A stretch of DNA of 64,000 nt, taken from assembly GCA_030390025.1 (NCBI GenBank), contig CM059429.1, positions 32,736,001 to 32,800,000 on the forward strand, read 5' to 3'. This DNA is from Squalus acanthias (taxonomy: Eukaryota). Positions 26,868 through 36,140 of the stretch are shown here, piece after piece. The translations under genes and the position numbers were made by a program. Each line of letters begins with the position of its first letter. Within the stretch, counting starts at the first letter, position 1. Under the pieces are notes generated by a model. That model saw nothing but the letters and a program-made list of their open reading frames with translations, was not told where the DNA came from and ran no database searches.

Positions 26868-27630
26868 GCCCCAGAATTTGCGGTTGTAATGACGGTGAAG
26901 CTGTCAGTGTTTGCCGTCATTACTGTATAAAATTGACAGCAACTTCTGGAGTCTGCACATGCGCATTTAAACGTGGAAATCCTGAGGTTGCTGTCAATGA
27001 TACCTTACTCCTCCTCAGGGGGTGCTGTTGCAGTCTTCGCAGATGGAAATCAATTAGAAATCACTGAATTGACATGAACTTCCAATTTTTATGCTTTATT
27101 CTCACTGTAAAAACCCTTGAAAAGGTTAAGCCTTGTTGAATGAGGTGTAACTGAGTTTTTAATGATGTACTAAGTCATAATTATTGCTGAACAACCTCTC
27201 TGGCCCTGAAAAACTAATTTTGTAAATGTGAAGTGTCATTTTTTCCATTCCATGATCAAAATTCCATAGATATTTAAAATACATATTTTTTTAAGTTTGT
27301 TTATGATATTTCAACTTCTACCTTAAGCCCATGTGTATGTCCCAATCTTTATTTTGCTTTCTGTAAAATTATAAAAAGTGAATGATAAAACCTGCTTGTT
27401 ACTTCCTTGTTTGCTGTCTGTGAGAATTCTTCAATGTGATTGGCTGCATAGCCTGCTTGATGACATCACTGTTGCTGGACACCAGAGATCTCCTGTAGAT
27501 GGCGCCAGAATGAAATTAATGTCAGAAAAGGTGAAACCAACGCCACAGAGCCCACTAAAGGTTTGTGGGCAGCTTTCTTCGAGGTCAGCGGCGAGCGCTG
27601 TCACTTCACACTGACTGCAAAATCCGGGCC
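26868..27630. mobile_element. Harbinger-type MITE
   Basis: Imperfect TIRs GCCCCAGAATTTGCGGT / ACTGCAAAATCCGGGCC. ATT on both flanks (26865-26867, 27631-27633). AT-rich core. Confidence 0.75.
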
Positions 27631-27987
27631 ATTATTTTGCTGAGTAACCAAGTGTTACTATTTCTCTTAGGGTTAAATATCAATCTCAATTATACCTTTC
27701 TATTTAGTTAATTCCAAACATCTCCATTTAAAATGAACTAACCCTAACAATCCTGAAATGTAATGAAATGATATGTATAGACTATATTGTACACAATAAA
27801 GAGTACATGGAAATGATTTTGAATAATCAACGTGTGGTCCAGATTGTAAACCGTTCAGCTCAATTGTATATTTGTGGTTTATGACACATCTGGAACTGAT
27901 ACTTTTAACTCACTCCCTGGTATCTATTACTCTATAAAATCAGGTTAAAAGAATATAGAATACAAAGGTCGTAACAAGGTTTAAAGC

Positions 27988-28316
27988 TATGGTAGTCTAG
28001 TGGTTATGGTGGTGGACCAACAACCGACAGGTCATAAGTTCAAATGCCACCATGGCAAGTTGTGAAACTGAAATTAATAAATCTGGTAATTTGTGGGCTG
28101 GCATCAGAAAAAGTAACCATGAAAGTTGCAAGATTGTCATAAAAACCAATTGGTTCAGAAATGACCATCAGAGAAGGGAATCAACCACCCCTCTCTCTCG
28201 GTCTACCCTACATGTCCCATGCTATGTGGTAGCTTCTTAATGCCCTCGGGGAAAGTACGGGTTGGCAATTAATACTGCCTTGTCACTGTCGCCCACATCC
28301 CAGGAACAAATTCAAA
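27988..28316 (+). mobile_element. tRNA-derived SINE whose tail matches the LINE at 23636
   Basis: A-box TGGTAGTCTAGTGG and B-box GTTCAAATGCC. 3' end GGCAATTAATACTGCCTTGTCACTGTCGCCCACATCCCAGGAA resembles the LINE 3' end. Confidence 0.75.
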
Positions 28317-29138
28317 AAATGAGAAGGAATGACTGATACTCAATAATATTGTGATATTCAATGTGTACTGATCGTTTAACAACATCAGAACAAGGCTGGT
28401 ACTGTTTAAAAAGTTGGTATCATAACAGACCTAGTATGTACATGAAGCCTGATTACTTTAGATACTGTGCCATCAATTGAGTATTAGTTTAGTCAACTTG
28501 ATTGACAACTATTAATGTCTTCCATTTTGCTTTAATGAGTGGCTAAACAAATGCATCATTCTTCCAAAGCATATATAACACAATGGGCCAGAAATTCAGC
28601 TCCCTGGCTTCCCGCGGGTGCAAGGATCGCACGCGCACCTACCTACCGCACCTACCGTTGACCTCTGGGCCCACGGGGACTTCGGCTTCTGGGCCTCCTC
28701 CAACTGCCGACGCGCAGTGCTTGTGTATCCCAGGGGCGTAGTTAGTGCGATGCATCCCCTGGGATCATGTGGGCCATGGAGAGCCAATGGTAGCAGACCA
28801 TCTTTCATTCATAGATTTGACAGGACCTGTCAAATCTATGAATACAGATCGGCCCCAAAACATCCCTAAAACTACAAATAATTTTTTTTAAAAACATCAC
28901 ATTTTTAAAATAACTATAAATTACATTAATTAACTATTTTAAACAAAAATTTAAATTTTTGAAAAAATTAATTACATTTTTTAACGGGGCTAAAACTAAA
29001 CTTACCTTTCTTTAAAGTAATTAAAAAAGATAAATCTGTGAAATTTTTTTTTAAATTTTAATAAAATCAACACTTACCTTGTTAAAAGAATGAGAAGTCG
29101 CACAACACCAGGTTATAGTCCAACAGATTTATTTAATT

Positions 29139-29177
29139 TTACAAGCTTTCGAAGCAGTTCGCTCCTTCGTCAGGTAA
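29139..29177 (-). ncRNA. Minimal type I hammerhead motif (mirror copy)
   Basis: Exact reverse complement of 29230-29268. Confidence 0.6.
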
Positions 29178-29229
29178 GTTAGCAGTGAGAGAATCTCCCA
29201 GAATTCTGGGAGATTCTCTCATTGCTAAC

Positions 29230-29268
29230 TTACCTGACGAAGGAGCGAACTGCTTCGAAAGCTTGTAA
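29230..29268 (+). ncRNA. Minimal type I hammerhead motif
   Basis: UUAC-CUGACGA-A-GGAGCG(AAC)UGCUUC-GAAA-GC-UU-GUAA. Helix I is UUAC/GUAA, helix II is 6 bp, helix III is palindromic. Confidence 0.65.
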
Positions 29269-29585
29269 AATTAAATAAATCTGTTGGACTATAACCTGGT
29301 GTTGTGCGACTTCTCATTTTTGTCCACCCCAGTCCAACGCCGGCATCTCCACATCTTCTCCGTGCTTACCTTCATGGAGGAACCTGTAAAAAAACCCGAA
29401 GTGCGAGGCGAACGCGCTGGCCCTCCGGCGTGCGCGTTCGACCTCTGAATCCCTTTCCTCAGGGGAACGGAAGTGCCGGTTTCCCGCGCATGTGCAGTGC
29501 ATGCAAGAAACCGGCACTTTCGTTCTGTCCACGGGTGAGTACACAGTGCGTACTCACCCGACAACAGCCGAATTTCTGCCCCATT

Positions 29586-29751
29586 GGGGGTGAAATTTGT
29601 CTTGGGTGGTTGCACAAAATGGGCGATAGCGAATTGAAAGCCCGTTTGACACCTGTCCGATTTTCTTTTCCATAAGTCAAAGTGCAGGGTGTAAAACAGG
29701 CTGCCGATTAGCTGTCGTCCGTTTTGCAGGACCCAAGACTAATTTAACCCC
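29586..29751. mobile_element. Short fold-back Harbinger-type MITE
   Basis: About 65-bp imperfect inverted arms (GGGGTGAAATTTGTCTTGGGT / ACCCAAGACTAATTTAACCCC). ATT on both flanks. Confidence 0.8.
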
Positions 29752-30002
29752 ATTGAGTGTAAATATAATCGCACATGTGAGAGATCACAGATTAAAGGTG
29801 TTACTGCATGCTGCCTCTTTTTGCAGTATCCCCCTTATCATGCCACAGCTGACATTAGTTCTTGGTATTGGAGCACACTTCACTAAGTTGTGCTTTTTTC
29901 CTCCATTCGGGGCACACTAACAAATACAGCATCAACATAGCCAATCCAAATTTGTGATTATGCTAATGATAGTTCATATGTGGGAAAATGTAATGCAATT
30001 TT

Positions 30003-30333
30003 ATATTTACAAAGTATTACAGCACAGACACAGGCCATTTGACCCAACAGGTCCATGCCAGTGTTTATGCTCCACATGAGCCGCCTCCCACCCCTCTTCA
30101 TCTAACCCCATCAACATATCCTTCTATTCTTTTCTCCCTCATGTGCTTATCTGGGTTCCCCTTGAATGCATCCATGCTAATTCCCTCAACTAGCCCTTGT
30201 GGTAGCGAGTTCCACATTCTAACCACTCTCTGGGTAAAGAAGTTTCTCCTGAATTCCCTATTGGATTTATTAGTGACTATCTTATATTTATGGCCCTTAA
30301 TTTTGGTCCTGCCCGCAAGTGGAAATACCTTCT
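30003..30333 (-). mobile_element. CR1 LINE 3' end
   Basis: ORF ...KGHKYKI...RRNFFTQRVVRMWNSLP...AFK is the typical CR1 ORF2 C-terminus. Confidence 0.9.
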
Positions 30334-30949
30334 GCGGCATATTTGTATGGTCAGCTGTGTCACGCTGTAATTCTGAATTTAATAATGTGCTTAAACTTCT
30401 ACTTAGGAGTATTGTTCATCGTGAGGAGTTCTAGGCCATTCTGCCACTCATATGAAAGACCTTCATAATTCATTCCAGTTCAGCAGCTCTTTCATACACT
30501 TCAAAAATACTTCTGTGACTCATCATCCTTGATATAAAATCCAAACTGAAGCCATGGTTTGAGCTCCATTTGAATGCTACAGTGTTGAATGTAGCAATGA
30601 CCCATGAGCAACCTATCACTGAATGTCATCAAGTACCACGCCACCCCCATGAAAACGAACACCCACAATAAATAATTGCAAATCCTGATTGAAAATCTTG
30701 TTCGCTGGCATTCTTGAAGTATACACAGATTATTAAAACTGAGACATGTAGTTTTATGATTTGACCATCACAACCCATGACTGGTGTATGGTCAAGTCAT
30801 TCATTGGGTGTTTTTCATATAGAAAAGTCCCCTGTTTCATATCCCACTGATACATTCCCTGAGAATATTAGTAGAAAATAACTTTTTTTAGGATGAACTA
30901 GCAAAATGTAGCTATCCAGAATGTGGTGGTACCTCTTATTATAAAGCTG

Positions 30950-32850
30950 CTAGAACCATAGAAGTTTACAACACAAGAGGAGGCCATTCAGCCATCATAT
31001 CTGTGCAGGGCTGTGCTACAGTATTTCACAATGAATCCCACTGCCCTGCTCTCTCCCCATAGCCCAGTATCTTCCTCTACTTTAAATATTCATCCAACTT
31101 TCCCTTAAAAGGCACCTCAGCTATTCACTCTGGCAAAGCAGTCCATGCTTCAACAACACTGTGTAAAGAAATTTCTCCTAACCACTCTCCTCACTCTGTT
31201 GGTGACAATCGTAAACTGATGACTTCTCAGCCAGCAGAAATAGTCTACAGCAGGGAGAAGCTGTGTGATTTGGATATTGTGAAATCCTTCAGGGAAAAAT
31301 TAAAGCAAATAATCGATGAAGAAAATCTACCCCCACAATAAGTCTGCAGCCATGATGAGATAGGATAATTCTACAAATTTCAGCAGAAGAATCTTGCTGC
31401 ATATACAGTTACTTGGGTGAGTGTACAAGCATAATAAGAATTGCCTCACAATCCTGCCATGCTACAATGCCAGGAGGACACATGACTTACAGTTAATGGT
31501 GATGGAAAACCTGTCACACGGTCAGCTTTCAAGAATCCTAACTTTAACTCTCTTCCTATTCACTACAAATTCCAGTCTGATGTTTGGATGAGCAGCAAAG
31601 TTTCATTCACAGTTTATACAGCACATGGTTCATTCCTTGCACAACAGATATCCGTTTCAAGTACACCCTCGTCTAGGACAGTGCATACAGTGCCTCAACT
31701 CTCTATCCATAATGATAATTTCCCACCTAGCATCATCCTGGTGAATCTATGCTGTATACTTTCTATGGATTTAATGTCCTTTCTATAAAGGTACACCCAA
31801 GCAACAGGAATTCCAATGTGGCCTAACCAACGGTTTGTACAAATTTATCGTTAGCTATTTATTCTTGTATTCTATGCTTGACCTTTTTTTATGGTTTTAT
31901 TTATCTGTACTCGCACATTCACTGAATTATGTATTTGAACCCCTAGGTCTAACTGTTCATCCATGCACTTTAACATTGAGTGCATATTCCCATTCCTTGT
32001 GTTTCCTGCCAAAATGTATCCTTTACACAAATCCATATTAAATTGCATCTGCCACCTGACTGCCCATTCCTCAAACCTGGCTATATCTTCCTGAAACCTT
32101 TTACAGTCCTCCTCACTGTTTGTCCAACTCCCTACCTATTATGTTATCAGAAAATGTTGAGATTGTGCTTCTTATGCTCAAGTCCAAATCATCTAAATAT
32201 GCTGTGAAGAAAAGTTGACTCAGCATTGATCCCTAGGGTTCACCACTTCCAACCCTTCTCCAATCTGAGCAACACCCATTTACCCGAACTCTTTCTATCC
32301 TGCTCATCAACTAACTTTCTATCCATGCTGCTACATGTCCTCTTATATTATACACTTGAATTTTTCTAACAAACTTCTTGTGTGACGCCATATTAAACAC
32401 CTCTTGAAAAATCACATACACTACATATCCAATTGATCATGTCTTCAAAATACACTATTAAATTTGTAAAACACAACTTGCCTTTAACAAATTTATGCTG
32501 GCTGCCGTTGATTAACCTATATATTTCTAAATGCATACCAATTTTATCTCAAATTATGGATTTTAAGAGTTTGCCCACAACTGATCTTAGACTAATTGAC
32601 CTCTGGATACGGGGTTTATTCTTCTCTTCTTGAACAAAGGTGTTATATTGGCTACTCACCAATCCCATGGCACAATCTTAATATTTAATGAAGATTGCAA
32701 AATTGTCAGAGCCCTTGCTAGCTCCTCTCTGACCTCTTTCAACAGCCTAGGGTATATGTTATCAGGGCTCAGCAACTTATGCACCTTCAATTTTGATGAC
32801 TACTTCAAAACCAATTTCTTTTCTAAAGTTATCTCTGACATTTGTTCCAT
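30950..32850 (-). mobile_element. Old CR1 LINE, interrupted at about 31245-31690
   Basis: 3' end (GGAGGCCATTCAGCCCATC) at about 30980. Degenerate antisense RT sequence continues 31690-32850. Confidence 0.7.
31250..31620 (+). pseudogene. Tigger/pogo (Jerky-like) DDE_1 transposase fragment
   Basis: EKLCDLDIVKSFREKLKQIIDEENLPPQ*VCSHDEIG*FYK ... NCLTILPCYNARRTHDLQLMVM ... SAFKNPNFNSLPIHYKFQSDVWMSSK matches the NxDETG, RLTV..NA.G..KL and AWM motifs. Confidence 0.8.
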
Positions 32851-33374
32851 ATCCTCCCCTAGCACACCTATATTCATACTTCCATCTGTGGGTAATTGTT
32901 CCATTATGATGGTGTTACACATTCACTTACATCAGAAGTGAAATTGGAAAGCTGGGTTTTTTCCCCCAATACAATGAAGCTTCACTGTATCTGAGTGCAC
33001 TGCAAGTGGTCTCACTGACGGTAAACTAATTCTTATCAAAAATCTAAATGAAATCTTTTTGTACCAATTGACTTATTGATAAAAGATATATGTATAATAA
33101 TGGAGTTCAAAACTAAATTTGCTAAAGTAAGTTATATTTTTAAATAGATGCCAATTAATTTCTTGTAATGACACCAGCATCAAATTATGTGTCAGATCCG
33201 AACATGATATTCTGTTTGATCGAGACCATTTCTAAATCATTTTCATCAACCACCTAAAAAATTCCAAAATTAGACCATAAAATGCAGTTTGTGTATTATA
33301 AACATTTAGTTCATTTCCAAAAATATTAATAATATTTAATTTTTATTGGTGAATTTTTGTACTCATCAAGTTAT

Positions 33375-33640
33375 GGGATGCCCTTACAAAGAGAACACTT
33401 GATGCACCCAGCAACAAGTGCTTGCAAGTCAGGTACAACATGGCCAAATTCAGAGTAAAGCTCCTTCTACTCTGCCCCAGAAATATTTGTCAGCATCCTT
33501 AGGGCAGCATCCTTACGCACAACGTGACCTTTCCATTTCACACACAAGCCATCCTTGCGGGCGCTGAATGAAATTGTCCGATTAATGCTGGTTAATGCCA
33601 AATGTAAGAGTTGGGAACTTGGTTGAGGCTGCCTAAATGC
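33375..33640 (-). mobile_element. LF-SINE-like SINE body fragment
   Basis: Minus strand GGGGCAGAGTAGAAGGAGCTTTACTCTG...GTTGTACCTG resembles the LF-SINE 3' region as I recall it. Confidence 0.45.
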
Positions 33641-33946
33641 TGTTCTTTTATAATATTACAAGTGCCAGTCTGGAGTACAAAACTGAAATCCCTGCAAACA
33701 AACCAAGTAGCAATTCAGTGAATCAAAGATGTTGGTGAATCTGTGAGTTCGCTGTACTCTGGATATCAGCAGTCTCAACATTCTGAAAAGCTTTCAAATG
33801 GAAATCTCACCTTTAACTGTGTCATGCCTCAGAATACATTTATTATAAAAGTTGTAGCAATTTCATTACTTATTTACGAAGTCTGTAATAAAGACTTCCA
33901 TCTTTCATCTTCCATTATTCTAAGAATAAGATGATACCAGCCCCAT

Positions 33947-34202
33947 TTGCAACATTTAACCACTCCGGCCTTCCACCCTAGCACAGACCGTTCCTTTTAT
34001 TCTTTCTTCCCCTTCCCCCTCTCCCTGCCTCTGCACCTGCTTAAAACCTGTTACATTTCTAACTTTTTTTCAGTTCTGACGAAGGGTCACAGGCCTGAAA
34101 CGTTAACTCTGTTTCTCTCTCCACGGATGCTGCCTGGCCTGCTGAGTGTTTCCAGCATTTTCTGTTATTTCAGATTTCCAGCATCCGCAGTATTTTGCTA
34201 TT
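33947..34202 (+). mobile_element. Penelope-like element 3' terminus (family 1), longest copy
   Basis: Pyrimidine-rich leader, hammerhead motif, and the tail CAGATTTCCAGCATCCGCAGTATTTTGC shared with the 24.5 and 24.9 kb copies. Confidence 0.75.
34072..34108 (+). ncRNA. Minimal type I hammerhead ribozyme motif
   Basis: AGUU-CUGACGA-A-GGGUC(ACA)GGCCU-GAAA-CG-UU-AACU. Confidence 0.75.
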
Positions 34203-35602
34203 GCATGCTACGGTTATGTATACTTACCAAATTTAGAATTCCAATCTTCGGAAGTGTACAGAAAGCTTACTTTGCCAGTGTTACATCATCGAAAAAGATG
34301 TCGAATTTAAAAACGTCATGAACTGAAAGGGTTAAAATGAATTGGGATCTGCGTTCTCAAACTTCAGAGTTGGGTAGGAAATCCACAAGAACGGGGAGGC
34401 CCATTGAGCATCTTCAGCATTTCAGCAAAACGCCCCAGTAGAACTTTGAAGCATAAGCATGAAAAGGGCACAGTTTAACAAAAGAAACGCCAGTCATATT
34501 TTTTTTTAGAGAGAACTACTGAAAGGTCTCCTTTATGTGCCACCAGAAACGTGGACTTTTTTTTTCTGTCACCCCCCAGGGCTTTCTTGAGGTTTTACAA
34601 GATCAGGAAAAATCCGCCTCATTTCTACTGGTCATTTTGTACAGACGATAATTTCAGTAAAACCACAAATGCCATCAAATCTGTGTGTTAGCTGGGCATG
34701 AAACTGAGCTTTGAATCATTTATTTGTGCAGGAGAAACTGGTGCCAACTCTGTGAATTAATTCAGTAATAAAATAGAAAGTGATGATGAACAGGGAAGCT
34801 CGACTTTGCGTTTTCGACACATGTATCATCAGTGCAATAAAACATTCTTGGCAGTCGGATATCTTTTCAGGGGCTGATGATAAGGAGCGTTACAGAAAAA
34901 TGCTCCAAACAGCATCATTTCACAGACAGGCAAAAATGATGAATTTTCTATAGCTTCAACATGTAACTTCCAAATTCCCTTAAAATGAGGAAACAACTTC
35001 TAGTTTCTGTCTCTTCAAACAGTATTATAGTGAAATGTTAAATTTGAACTCTATATTTGTCTGTAATCTCACATCATCTAACTCTTTGTAAACTGAAAGC
35101 GGCGTTAATGATTGTGTGGGTGCAGCCACTACCATTTCTAATGTGGTTAAACCCTACCAAGAAGATACCATTGTCACACATGTTGGTGTTTATGAGCCCC
35201 TCTGTACTTACGACCACTGCCACTGAGGTGTTTTATGACCTCTAATGTTTAGTAGTTGTCAACGCTATCAAAAGGTTCACAACCTCAATTGACACTCCTC
35301 ATTAATCCTATGCTACAACAAAGATCAGGATTCAGACATAAACTATTTGTGTTTTTATACCGGTAACAGGATTGCTGCAGCATTGCAGATCATTTTCATT
35401 GCTTTATCTTTTGGTGAAACCTCATGACTATAATGGTCCTGTCCATCTGACTGTGTAGCATTGTGACTTTAATGGAGCTGAAATATCTCGTCTACGATGG
35501 TGAAATTCAATGAGATGTTACATTAAAGGACATGTTTGAATTTCAGAATTATAAGTCACAAAAATACAAATACTAAAAATGTTGGCATTGACTTACATTC
35601 AT

Positions 35603-36140
35603 TTTAATGAGGGTTTTAATGAGGATTTTGAAGGAAGAGAGGGAGATAGAGAGGCAGAAGGGTTTAAGGAGGGAATTCCAGAGTGTGGGGCCTAGGCAGG
35701 CTGAAGCCATGGCCACAAATGGTTGGGATGAAAGGAGGGGGGGATGCACAAAAGGTTAGAGTCAGAAAAACTGAGAGTTTGGGAGGGGTGGGGGGCGGAG
35801 TTGTAGAGCTGGAGGAGGTTATAGACAGACTACATAGGGAGGGACGAGACCATGAAGGGATTTAAACACAAGGATGAAAATTTTAAAACTGAGGAGTTGG
35901 GGACTGGGAGCCAATATAGGTCACCAAGGACAGGGTAAGCAGGATTTGATGCAGGCTAGGATACAGGCAGCAGGGTTTTGAATAAGCTTAAGTATACGGA
36001 GGTTGGAAGATGGGAGGCCAGCCAAGAGAGCATTGGAATGCTTGAATCTGGAGGTGACAAAGGCATGGATGAGGGTTTCAACAGCAATAAGCTAAGGTGG
36101 GCAGTGCTACAGGTGGGCGTTGGCGGTCTTCTTGGATAGA
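35603..36140 (-). mobile_element. L2 LINE fragment
   Basis: Collinear with 60150-60570 and with 8590-9300. Confidence 0.8.

Larger units (their letters stand above)
29081..29362. mobile_element. Penelope-like insertion (family 2): inverted terminal repeats plus 3' tail
   Basis: 230-bp palindrome 29089-29318 (one mismatch) plus an unpaired tail to about 29355. CTTACCTT duplicated at 29073-29080 and 29365-29372. Confidence 0.75.
28585..29582. mobile_element. Harbinger-type MITE carrying a nested Penelope-like palindrome
   Basis: TIRs GGGCCAGAAATTCAGCT / AGCCGAATTTCTGCCCC (15/17). Flanks AAT and ATT. Subterminal hairpins at 29471-29519 and 29532-29560. Confidence 0.8.

Noticed and set aside
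27988-28060. tRNA genes (also at 40944, 49953 and 53240)
   Set aside because: A/B boxes run into SINE bodies; no cloverleaf.
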